A DNA stretch of 14,389 bases from Sulfurimonadaceae bacterium (GTDB taxonomy: Bacteria > Campylobacterota > Campylobacteria > Campylobacterales > Sulfurimonadaceae): contig JBFEXS010000055.1 of assembly GCA_041562555.1 (NCBI GenBank), forward strand, positions 1-14,389. The letters run 5' to 3'. Below, in pieces: positions 1 to 7,531 of this stretch. Position numbers and translations under genes: made by a program. Within the stretch, counting starts at the first letter, position 1. Every line of letters begins with the position of its first letter. Under the pieces are notes generated by a model. The model ran no database searches. It worked only from the letters and a program-made list of their open reading frames with translations, and was not told the origin of the DNA.

Positions 1-593
1 CCTTTGTTAAAGACTACCCAGTCAGGGAACGCTTTTTCGAACTTGCGCGTAAGCGTGACAAGATCGGGACGGTTATTTTTTTAGGAGGATCCCAGGGTGC
101 GCGCTTTATCAATGAGCTCGCACTTCAGGTCGCCCCGCTTTTACGTGACAAAGGGATAAACATCATTCATCAGGCCGGTAAGCTGGAGGTAGAGAAGGTC
201 ACCAAAGCCTATAGGGATTTGGACATTGATGCGGAAGTCTTTGATTTCCGGGAGGATCTTGATCAGCTTATGCAGCAAAGTGATCTTGCGGTGAGTCGTT
301 CAGGAGCCAGTACCTTGTGGGAGTTGTGTGCCTCCAATCTTCCGGCGCTTTATATTCCTTACCCTTACGCCGCAGGCGATCATCAATATCACAATGCGGC
401 TTTTTTGGTAGAGCATGGCGCATCATGGGTATGCCGGCAAGATGATGAGGTTTATGCGCGTTTGGTCGAATTGTTGGATAAAGACATGGGCGAAGCAAGT
501 ATGCGTTTGAAGGGTCTTATACACACGAACGGGGCACAAAGTATCATCGCAGAGATAGAAAGATCCCTGCAATCGAAAGAAGAGGTGAAGTAG
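1..593 (+). CDS. murG: MurG, undecaprenyl-PP-MurNAc-pentapeptide GlcNAc transferase (5'-truncated by window edge)
   Basis: The frame is open from position 3 (FVKDYPVRERFF...IFLGGSQGARFIN...IIHQAGK...) into the listed 219..593 ORF. It contains the MurG C-domain motifs GGSQGA, HQxG, SRSGAST and PYPYAAGDHQYHNA. Stop TAG at 591-593. Confidence 0.95.
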   Translation, partial: FVKDYPVRERFFELARKRDKIGTVIFLGGSQGARFINELALQVAPLLRDKGINIIHQAGKLEVEKVTKAYRDLDIDAEVFDFREDLDQLMQQSDLAVSRSGASTLWELCASNLPALYIPYPYAAGDHQYHNAAFLVEHGASWVCRQDDEVYARLVELLDKDMGEASMRLKGLIHTNGAQSIIAEIERSLQSKEEVK

Positions 594-1205
594 ATGTTGG
601 CCGAATTGACAAACTTTATTGTTACAACGGTAGGTGAATGGGGGTATGCGGGGATTGTGATAATGATGGCGATCGAGAGCAGCTTTATCCCTTTTCCAAG
701 CGAGATTGTGATGATACCTGCCGGTTACTTGGCTTATAAGGGAGAGATGAATCTCTTGCTTGTGCTTTCGTCAGGTTTTGCGGGCTCTATGATCGGGGCA
801 TGGGTGAACTATTTTTTAGCCATGAGTCTGGGACGAAGGTTTTTATATCGATATGGGAAATACTTCTTCATAAGTTCCGAGACATTGGAAAAAATGGAGA
901 GTTTTTTCAAAACACATGGGGCTGTATCGACCTTCAGCGGAAGACTTATTCCTGGGGTAAGACAGCTTATCTCGATTCCCGCAGGACTCTCGAGAATGCC
1001 TTTGGGATTGTTTAGTCTGTATACCTTTTTGGGTGCTGGGATTTGGTCAGCTGTTCTGGTCTTATTGGGTTATTTTCTCGGTGAGAATGAAGCCCTCATA
1101 AAGACATATCTTCATGAGTTGGTATGGATTTCTTTAGCGATTGTCCTGTCCATCGGTGTTATATATACGTATTTGCATAGACGTAAAACGAAAAAAATCA
1201 ATTAA
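594..1205 (+). CDS. dedA: DedA/SNARE_assoc family membrane protein
   Basis: Motifs [10 protein letters not shown] and [16 protein letters not shown] plus hydrophobic segments. ATG immediately follows the murG stop, with GAGG upstream. Confidence 0.92.
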   Translation: MLAELTNFIVTTVGEWGYAGIVIMMAIESSFIPFPSEIVMIPAGYLAYKGEMNLLLVLSSGFAGSMIGAWVNYFLAMSLGRRFLYRYGKYFFISSETLEKMESFFKTHGAVSTFSGRLIPGVRQLISIPAGLSRMPLGLFSLYTFLGAGIWSAVLVLLGYFLGENEALIKTYLHELVWISLAIVLSIGVIYTYLHRRKTKKIN

Positions 1206-1228
1206 TTTTACTCTTATGATATAAAGAC

Positions 1229-1234
1229 TATACT
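1229..1234 (+). promoter_or_regulatory. Putative sigma70 -10 box (TATACT) for the 1261 ORF
   Basis: TATACT in an AT-rich intergenic gap ~27 nt before the ATG, overlapped by a short TAAAG-N6-CTTTA inverted repeat (1222-1237). AAGG RBS at 1253-1256. Confidence 0.45.
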
Positions 1235-1260
1235 TTAATAGTAATTTTATCTAAGGCTGA

Positions 1261-1629
1261 ATGATGAAGAATATGTTTGAGGCAGTTCGGGAAAAGTTTA
1301 TTGACTTGAATACATTTTTGAGTGAATTGGATTTTGATGAAGATTTGAAAGAACCTTCGATTATGGAAAGTCTGAATGACAAGCTTTCGAATGCCTATAT
1401 CTCCCTTAACCAGGGGTTCTGTGAAAATGCGCAGATGTGTGAAGAATGTGTCGATAATCGTGATCAGCTCGGGGCACTGAGCAGTATGATCGATAGTTGT
1501 GAATCAGGGCAGAAGCTTAGTGAAGAGGCGTATACTGCCCTGTCGTCGTTTGCAGAGAATATTCCGGAAATGTTGACGAAGATGGAATTTATCTATTTAG
1601 AGCTTATCAAGAACCGCGAAGAGGTGTAA
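1261..1629 (+). CDS. Hypothetical acidic alpha-helical protein with C-x5-C-x2-C-x16-C motif (paralog 1)
   Basis: 122-aa ORF with AAGG RBS (start may be 1264). Aligns without gaps to the 1698/1704 ORF at ~32% identity, which supports coding status. No family recognised. Confidence 0.85.
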   Translation: MMKNMFEAVREKFIDLNTFLSELDFDEDLKEPSIMESLNDKLSNAYISLNQGFCENAQMCEECVDNRDQLGALSSMIDSCESGQKLSEEAYTALSSFAENIPEMLTKMEFIYLELIKNREEV

Positions 1630-1663
1630 ACGATTTTTTAACGCAAAATTAACACGCATTTTA

Positions 1664-1669
1664 TATAAT
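1664..1669 (+). promoter_or_regulatory. Putative sigma70 -10 box (TATAAT) for paralog 2
   Basis: Perfect TATAAT in the 1630-1697 gap, preceded by periodic T/A tracts typical of Campylobacterota promoters. Confidence 0.6.
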
Positions 1670-1703
1670 TCCTTATGAAGCTACAATGTAGAATGGGGTG
1701 ATT

Positions 1704-2063
1704 ATGGATATTTTCGCGGAAGTTCAAGAGAACTTTATGGAATTGGGGATACTGCTAAGTGGATATGACTTGGATAAGGACCTTGAAAAAGAAGAAGTCC
1801 TGGCGACGATCGAAGATGCCTTGAAAGAAGCGAATAAAAGCTTTGAAAAAGGATTGTGCGATAAAGCGTACATGTGTTCAAAATGTACTCAGACCGGCGA
1901 AGAACTCCACCGGTTGGTTGCGTTGATAGACAGCTGTGTTAAAGATAAGAGAATCAATGCGGAAGCCAAGGTCGCATTGATCGAGTTTACCTATAAGATC
2001 CCTGCCATTCTGTCTGAACTTAAAAACGTGTATCTAGAGAGTCTTAGCAAAAGAGCTGTCTAA
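1704..2063 (+). CDS. Hypothetical alpha-helical protein with C-x5-C-x2-C-x16-C motif (paralog 2)
   Basis: The ORF track starts at GTG 1698. ATG 1704 is preferred because GGGGTGAT (1695-1702) looks like an SD. Collinear paralog of 1261..1629. Confidence 0.85.
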   Translation: MDIFAEVQENFMELGILLSGYDLDKDLEKEEVLATIEDALKEANKSFEKGLCDKAYMCSKCTQTGEELHRLVALIDSCVKDKRINAEAKVALIEFTYKIPAILSELKNVYLESLSKRAV

Positions 2064-2082
2064 GTACGCATCTACCCACTTT

Positions 2083-2113
2083 TATAATATTTTTACCCCT
2101 TCTTAGCTATAAT
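2083..2113 (+). promoter_or_regulatory. alaS promoter region with two TATAAT boxes (2083-2088 and 2108-2113)
   Basis: Two perfect TATAAT hexamers in the intergenic gap. The second has the gnTATAAT context and lies 73 nt before the alaS ATG. AGGA RBS at 2176-2179. Confidence 0.6.
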
Positions 2114-2186
2114 CGCGTACTTTTTTAACATAAAACTCCACGATGGGTTTTGACAAGAGTTAAATCTATATTCATAGGAAACAAGA

Positions 2187-4739
2187 ATGGACGTTCGTAA
2201 AGCGTTTTTAGACTATTTTGAATCAAAAGGGCATGCTAAAATCGCCTCTGCACCTTTGGTGCCCGATGATGCGACACTACTGTTTAATAATGCAGGTATG
2301 GTGCCTTTTAAATCAATATTCACGGGTGAGGTTCCTGTTCCGGAGAATCCCAGAGCGACGTCATGCCAGACTTGTTTGCGTGCAGGTGGAAAACATAACG
2401 ACCTTGAGAATGTCGGACATACTGCAAGACACCATACATTTTTTGAGATGTTGGGGAATTTCTCGTTTGGTGACTACTTCAAAGAAGAAGCGATCGCTTA
2501 TGCCTGGGAATTTATCACAGAACATCTTGAATTACCGATCGACAAGCTTTGGGTCACTGTACATGAGAGTGATGATGAAGCAGAAGAATTATGGAAAAAA
2601 CATGTAGCGCCTGATCGTATCATGCGTCTAGGTGATGCAGACAACTTCTGGTCGATGGGAGATACGGGCCCATGTGGTCCATGTTCGGAGATCTTCTATG
2701 ATCAGGGTGAAGAACATTTCAACGGGCCTGAAGACAAGATGGGCGGCGATGGTGATCGCTTTTTGGAGATCTGGAACCTGGTTTTCATGCAGTACGAGGT
2801 TAAAGTCAAGGGGGGTGAGCGAATCCCTTTAGCGAAACCGTCTATCGATACAGGTATGGGGCTTGAGCGTGTGACTGCGATCAAAGAGGGCGTACTTTCA
2901 AATTATGATTCATCCATGTTCATGCCGATGATCCGTAAAGTCGAAGAGCTTACAGGTAAAACGTATGAGTATGCATCGGGAGCATCGTATCGTGTCATCG
3001 CTGATCATATCCGTACGGCAGTATTCCTACTCTCCCAAGACATCAACTTCTCTAACGAGGGACGCGGATATGTATTACGCCGTATCCTGCGCCGAGCGGT
3101 ACGTCACGGATATTTGCTGGGTCTGCGTGAAGCCTTTATGTACAAGATTGTTGATATTCTTGTGGATCAGATGAAAGAGGTCTACCCATATCTGGAGAAA
3201 AAAGCCGAAACGGTCAAAACTCAGGTGCAGCTTGAAGAAGAGCGCTTTTTCAAGACGATCGCATCCGGGATCGAACTTTTCAATGCTGAACTTGAGAATA
3301 CCAAGGATGTCTTTTCCGGTGAAGTGGCTTTTAAACTTTATGATACCTTTGGATTCCCGTTGGATCTGACGGAAGATATGCTTAAGGGTGAAAACCTTAG
3401 ATTGGATTCGGCGAAGTTCGATGAACTTATGAATGAGCAGCGTACTCGTGCTAAAGCTGCATGGAAAGGTTCAGGAGACGAGGCGAACGAGGGGGACTTT
3501 AAAGCCCTTCTTGAAAAGTTCGGTCAAAATGAGTTTACAGGATATGAGTCAACGGCCAATGAAGCCACGATTCAAGCGCTTTTGAGTGAAGACTTTAAGA
3601 TCGTTGATGAACTTCATGCAAGCCAAAAAGGGTGGGTACTTCTGGATAAGACGCCATTCTATGCCGAGTCCGGTGGTCAGGTCGGAGATATCGGTCAATT
3701 GGATAATCGTGCGACGGTAACAGATACACGCAAGTTTTTTGATCTAAATCTCTCCCATGTGGAAGTAAAAGAGACGATCTCAGCCAATGAAAAAGTCAAA
3801 GCAGTCGTAGATATCAACCGTCTGGAAGTGGAAAAGCACCACTCAGCGACCCACCTTCTGCATGCTGCTTTGTATGATATTCTTGGGGATCATATCTCTC
3901 AAGCGGGTTCATCCAATGATGCACGACGTCTGCGTTTTGATTTCTCACATCCTAAGGCGATGACAGCAGCAGAGATCGCAGAGGTAGAAGAACAGGTGAA
4001 CTATCAGATACTTCGCGGTATCTCAGGTCAGACAAAAGAGATGAGTATTGATGAAGCAAAAAGCTCTGGGGCAAAGGCGCAATTCGGAGAGAAATACGGA
4101 GATACGGTCCGTGTTGTCAGCTTCGGTGATGCCAGTGTTGAACTTTGTGGGGGAACACACGTCAGTAATACGGCAGTGATAGGTACTTTTGCCATCGTCA
4201 AAGAGTCAGGTGTGTCTGCCGGTGTACGCCGTATTGAAGCTGTCTGTGGAAATGCAGCGTATAATCTTTTCAAAGAGCAGCGTCATACATTGCTAAAGGT
4301 AGAAGAAGAGGTGAAAAACCGGGATGTGCTTACGGGTATCAATAAACTCAAAGAGCAGATCAAAACACTGAAACAGGAAGTACAAGAGGCGATGTCCGCT
4401 TCCAAAGAGGAGCTTGGGGCAGAATCGGTCAACGGGGTAAGTGTGATCGTAGAAGAGATCAAGTCAGGCGATGTGAAGACGCGTATCGATGAGCTGAAAA
4501 ACGAGCATGAGAAAGTCTGTGCAATGCTCTTCCAGATCAAGGGTGACAAAGTGATGATCGCAGCAGGTGTCAAAGGTGCTGATGCAAAAGCGGGTGATTG
4601 GATCAAGCAGATCGCACCGATTTTGGGCGGAGGCGGGGGCGGCCGTCCTGACTTTGCACAAGCAGGTGGAAAAGACCCGTCTAAAATAGATGAGGCAAAA
4701 AATGCTTCACTGGATTACATTAAAGGAGTATTGGCATAA
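2187..4739 (+). CDS. alaS: Alanine--tRNA ligase
   Basis: 850 aa. Motifs [60 protein letters not shown], editing-domain HHSATHLLH and ELCGGTH, C-terminal [15 protein letters not shown]. Confidence 0.99.
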   Translation: MDVRKAFLDYFESKGHAKIASAPLVPDDATLLFNNAGMVPFKSIFTGEVPVPENPRATSCQTCLRAGGKHNDLENVGHTARHHTFFEMLGNFSFGDYFKEEAIAYAWEFITEHLELPIDKLWVTVHESDDEAEELWKKHVAPDRIMRLGDADNFWSMGDTGPCGPCSEIFYDQGEEHFNGPEDKMGGDGDRFLEIWNLVFMQYEVKVKGGERIPLAKPSIDTGMGLERVTAIKEGVLSNYDSSMFMPMIRKVEELTGKTYEYASGASYRVIADHIRTAVFLLSQDINFSNEGRGYVLRRILRRAVRHGYLLGLREAFMYKIVDILVDQMKEVYPYLEKKAETVKTQVQLEEERFFKTIASGIELFNAELENTKDVFSGEVAFKLYDTFGFPLDLTEDMLKGENLRLDSAKFDELMNEQRTRAKAAWKGSGDEANEGDFKALLEKFGQNEFTGYESTANEATIQALLSEDFKIVDELHASQKGWVLLDKTPFYAESGGQVGDIGQLDNRATVTDTRKFFDLNLSHVEVKETISANEKVKAVVDINRLEVEKHHSATHLLHAALYDILGDHISQAGSSNDARRLRFDFSHPKAMTAAEIAEVEEQVNYQILRGISGQTKEMSIDEAKSSGAKAQFGEKYGDTVRVVSFGDASVELCGGTHVSNTAVIGTFAIVKESGVSAGVRRIEAVCGNAAYNLFKEQRHTLLKVEEEVKNRDVLTGINKLKEQIKTLKQEVQEAMSASKEELGAESVNGVSVIVEEIKSGDVKTRIDELKNEHEKVCAMLFQIKGDKVMIAAGVKGADAKAGDWIKQIAPILGGGGGGRPDFAQAGGKDPSKIDEAKNASLDYIKGVLA

Positions 4740-5275
4740 TGAAGCAGGCTATGACAGACTTGTTCTGGGCGTACCCGGAACTGATCGTATTTTTACATGT
4801 TATCTCAGCAGTCGTCTGGGTGGGCGGAATGATCGTGATGCGTTTTGCAGCGCACCACTCTTTCGCACAGATCGATGATCCACGCTTGAAACTCCAGCGT
4901 ATTGCCCATGCATTGAAACGCCTGTTTTATATCGTCATTCCATTTGTGACGATTCTTATTATTACGGCGGTACTGATGGCAGTTGGCTGGGACTTTAGAA
5001 ATGCCGCGGTAGATGCAAACTCCAATGTCATCGATGAACACGCGATGTATATCTACAATCTTGTACATGTCAAAGAAGTTTTATGGATGCTTATGGCGAT
5101 GAACCTTGGTCTGATGATGTGGTTACGTGCAAAGGCTGAAAAATTAACGGCAGAAGACAATCTGAGAGATGCACAAAAGCGTCTTGGATTGATCGGTAAA
5201 TACCTTGTACCACTTAATATCCTTATGGGAATCGCAGCAATCTACCTAGGCGTCATACTTCGCTATTCTCATTAA
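4739..5275 (+). CDS. 4-TM membrane protein, HemJ/CopD-like superfamily (paralog A)
   Basis: TAATG overlap with the alaS stop and AAGGAG RBS (4723-4728). Four hydrophobic segments, LHVISAVVWVGG in TM1 and HVK before TM3. The family assignment is by eye. Confidence 0.8.
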   Translation: MKQAMTDLFWAYPELIVFLHVISAVVWVGGMIVMRFAAHHSFAQIDDPRLKLQRIAHALKRLFYIVIPFVTILIITAVLMAVGWDFRNAAVDANSNVIDEHAMYIYNLVHVKEVLWMLMAMNLGLMMWLRAKAEKLTAEDNLRDAQKRLGLIGKYLVPLNILMGIAAIYLGVILRYSH

Positions 5276-5279
5276 AACA

Positions 5280-5312
5280 GTCACCTTCCCTACTATAAGG
5301 TAAGGTGATTTT
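5280..5312 (+). terminator. Probable intrinsic terminator after alaS-paralog A
   Basis: TCACCTT (5281-5287) pairs with AAGGTGA (5302-5308), extended by CCT/AGG around a 6-nt loop and followed by TTTT. Starts 5 nt after the stop codon. Confidence 0.6.
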
Positions 5313-5385
5313 CCATTATAAAAAAAACGAATTGTTTATACGCTTTCTATCACATTTATGACACTAAAATTACAAAATAAAAACT

Positions 5386-5411
5386 TATAATACTAGATTA
5401 AGTGGCACTTA
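5386..5411 (+). promoter_or_regulatory. -10 box (TATAAT 5386-5391) plus operator-like palindrome TAAGTG-G-CACTTA (5399-5411)
   Basis: Perfect TATAAT after periodic A-tracts. A perfect 6-1-6 inverted repeat lies at the expected transcription start. Confidence 0.55.
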
Positions 5412-5451
5412 GTTACTATCTCAAGGAAGTATATTGCCAAGGGAAGTTTTA

Positions 5452-5991
5452 ATGAGTGATACCATCTATTATTTGATGACAAATTTTACAAATCAGATCG
5501 TTTTTTTACATGTGTTTTCTGCCGTTATCTGGGTGGGGAGTATGGTCTCTGCACGTTACGGAAGGGTCAAGCCGCTTAATTCCTTGACAGAGCCTGAAGA
5601 GTATATCTTCGAGACAAAACGTTATACGCGTTTTTTTAAGATGATGACACCTTTTATCGTTATCTTGTTTATCACTTCGATTATCATGGCGATGAGTTTT
5701 CATGACAATGCCTATGACGAAGATGGGTTTATTCTTTCGCAAAGTGCCGTGGAGCTTTTAAAAATGATCCATACAAAAGGTGGTATCTGGACAGTCATGA
5801 CCATGAATATGGGACTGATGGCGTGGATCAACTGGAAGGCCTCTAAAAGTTTTGTCTCCTGTTCGAACGTCAAAGAGTGCAAACGCTGTAAAGAAGCACT
5901 TGAGATCATCTATAATTATCTTATGCCGGCAAATATCATCATGGGTACGATCGAGATCATGTTAGGAGTCGTACTGCGTCACGCGTATTAA
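5452..5991 (+). CDS. 4-TM membrane protein, HemJ/CopD-like superfamily (paralog B), with a C-x5-C-x2-C loop
   Basis: Paralog of 4739..5275 (IVFLHVxSAVxWVG, HxK, MNxGLMxW, YLxPxNIxMG, LGVxLR). ATG 5452 is preferred over TTG 5434 because it gives the same 15-residue N-terminus before IVFLH as paralog A and has AAGGGAAG upstream. Confidence 0.82.
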   Translation: MSDTIYYLMTNFTNQIVFLHVFSAVIWVGSMVSARYGRVKPLNSLTEPEEYIFETKRYTRFFKMMTPFIVILFITSIIMAMSFHDNAYDEDGFILSQSAVELLKMIHTKGGIWTVMTMNMGLMAWINWKASKSFVSCSNVKECKRCKEALEIIYNYLMPANIIMGTIEIMLGVVLRHAY

Positions 5992-6007
5992 GTCATTTTA
6001 AAATAGG

Positions 6008-6013
6008 TATAAT
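6008..6013 (+). promoter_or_regulatory. -10 box (TATAAT) 6 nt upstream of the maf ATG, probable leaderless promoter
   Basis: ggTATAATacacctATG, with no SD between the box and the start codon. Confidence 0.6.
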
Positions 6014-6019
6014 ACACCT

Positions 6020-6580
6020 ATGAAAAAAGAGACGATACGTTTATGTTCCCAATCCCCCAGCAGAGCGCTGCTCTTATCAAGGGCAGGTGTTGATTTCATT
6101 CAATCCCCTGTTGATTTTCCCGAAGATGCCATTGTCGCGACTTCTCCCAAAAACTTTGTGTATCAGGCTACTCTTGGAAAATATCAGACAGCTTTAAAAC
6201 TATATGATTATAAACAGATGCCAATCTTATGTGCAGATACGGTTGTCACTTCGCAAGACAAGATATTGCGAAAAGCAAAAGATGTGGAAGACGCACGAAG
6301 GATTCTTTTACGTCAAAGTGGACATGTCACTTCTATTGTCTCTTGCATGATCTATAAGTCTGAATCACTGGAACTGATAGATATCTCCACCACGGATTAT
6401 CTTTTTGATGCGTTTGATAAAGAGGATCTAGAAGCTTACCTGGCTTCGGGCGAGTGGCAAGGCAAGGCCGGTGCCTGTATGGTCGAGGGTTTTTGTAAAC
6501 CCTATATCAAAGAGGTCAAAGGCTACGAGTCCTGTGCTATGGGTTTGAGTGTTGAAAAACTACTGCCTTGGATTGAATAG
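6020..6580 (+). CDS. maf: Maf family nucleoside triphosphate pyrophosphatase
   Basis: N-terminal LCSQSPSR (variant of LASxSPRR), ADTVV, LRKAKD and GEWQGKAGA motifs. 186 aa. Confidence 0.95.
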   Translation: MKKETIRLCSQSPSRALLLSRAGVDFIQSPVDFPEDAIVATSPKNFVYQATLGKYQTALKLYDYKQMPILCADTVVTSQDKILRKAKDVEDARRILLRQSGHVTSIVSCMIYKSESLELIDISTTDYLFDAFDKEDLEAYLASGEWQGKAGACMVEGFCKPYIKEVKGYESCAMGLSVEKLLPWIE

Positions 6581-6582
6581 GC

Positions 6583-6588
6583 TATAAT
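6583..6588 (+). promoter_or_regulatory. Putative -10 box for the SPFH-NfeD-bioF unit
   Basis: gcTATAAT just after the maf stop, 28 nt before the ATG. AAAGG RBS at 6606-6610. Confidence 0.6.
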
Positions 6589-6616
6589 AAGTCATATTAA
6601 ATATTAAAGGTCTGTT

Positions 6617-7531
6617 ATGGAAGCTGTTTCTGCCATTGGTATTGCCATTGTCGTGGCTGTGTTGATTATTATTGTCAAGGGGATTAAGATCGTTCCTCAG
6701 TCCCATGCCTATGTCATCGAGCGATTGGGAAAATATAATTCGACCCTTGAGGGTGGATTCCATGTCATCATCCCCATTATTGATTCTGTTGCAATGGCGG
6801 TAACAAAGCAGGAACAGATCATTGATATTCCTCAACAATCGGTCATTACCAAGGATAATGTCAATATCTCTGTCGACGGTCTGGTCTTTATTCAGGTGGA
6901 GAATGCCAAGATGGCTGCCTACGGTGTAGTGGACTTTAAACGGGCAATTGCCAACCTCGCGACGACTTCTTTGCGGGCGGAGATCGGTCAGTTGGCTTTG
7001 GATGAGACGCTCTCATCCCGTGATACACTCAATAGAAGTATCTTAAGTGCTTTGGACGAGGCCTCTCAAAAGTGGGGTATCAAGACTATGCGCGTTGAGC
7101 TGAGAGATATCTCGGTACCCCAGGAAATCGAAGAGGCGATGAACCTTCAGATGAAGGCGGAACGGGAAAAACGTGCGATCGAGTTGAATGCAACGGCAAA
7201 AAAAGAGGCGGTAATCCGTGAGGCAGAAGGTGCTAGACAAAAAGCTTTTCTCGAAGCAGAAGCGATAGAGCGCATGGCTGATGCACAGAAATATGAACAG
7301 GAAGCTACAGCAGAGGGACAGGCCAAGGGTATGATGTTGATCAATCAGGCGATGGCGACCAACCCTGAGGCGGCGGAATTCTTACTTGCAAAAGATCGCA
7401 TTGCCGCTTTTAATGCGATGGCGAAAAACGATTCGAACGATAAGGTGATCGTTCCTTACGAGGCTACCGAGTTCGTCGGTTCGCTTTCGATCCTAAAAGA
7501 GTTCTTGGGATCTAAGAAGGCGGAGGCATAA
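6617..7531 (+). CDS. SPFH/band-7 (QmcA/paraslipin-like) membrane protein
   Basis: N-terminal TM anchor, VIERLGKY, PQQSVITKDNV, LDETLSSRD, WGIK, QMKAEREKRA coiled coil. Confidence 0.95.
   Translation: MEAVSAIGIAIVVAVLIIIVKGIKIVPQSHAYVIERLGKYNSTLEGGFHVIIPIIDSVAMAVTKQEQIIDIPQQSVITKDNVNISVDGLVFIQVENAKMAAYGVVDFKRAIANLATTSLRAEIGQLALDETLSSRDTLNRSILSALDEASQKWGIKTMRVELRDISVPQEIEEAMNLQMKAEREKRAIELNATAKKEAVIREAEGARQKAFLEAEAIERMADAQKYEQEATAEGQAKGMMLINQAMATNPEAAEFLLAKDRIAAFNAMAKNDSNDKVIVPYEATEFVGSLSILKEFLGSKKAEA

Noticed and set aside
219..593. 124-aa ORF as a stand-alone gene starting at TTG 219
   Set aside because: The frame is open back to the window start with MurG motifs, so it is the tail of murG.
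1261..2063. Toxin-antitoxin, defence or mobile cassette reading of the small gene pair
   Set aside because: The two genes are paralogs of each other. No nuclease, HTH or recombinase motifs, no flanking repeats and no obvious compositional shift were seen.
2064..2186. T-box riboswitch or tRNA upstream of alaS
   Set aside because: The gap is only 123 nt, with no T-box consensus or cloverleaf.
2218..3174. Alternative-frame + strand ORFs within alaS (2218-2607, 2632-2832, 2965-3174)
   Set aside because: alaS is intact and continuous. No RBS, motif or frameshift signal supports them.
4625..4645. G-rich run GGGCGGAGGCGGGGGCGG as a repeat or phase-variable tract
   Set aside because: It encodes the conserved GGGGGGRP motif of the AlaRS C-terminal domain, and the longest G run is only 5.
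4739..5991. Calling the membrane pair hemJ or copD outright
   Set aside because: Only the TM1 His/Trp and HxK patterns match. The HemJ YLPRLFVYH signature and copC context are absent.
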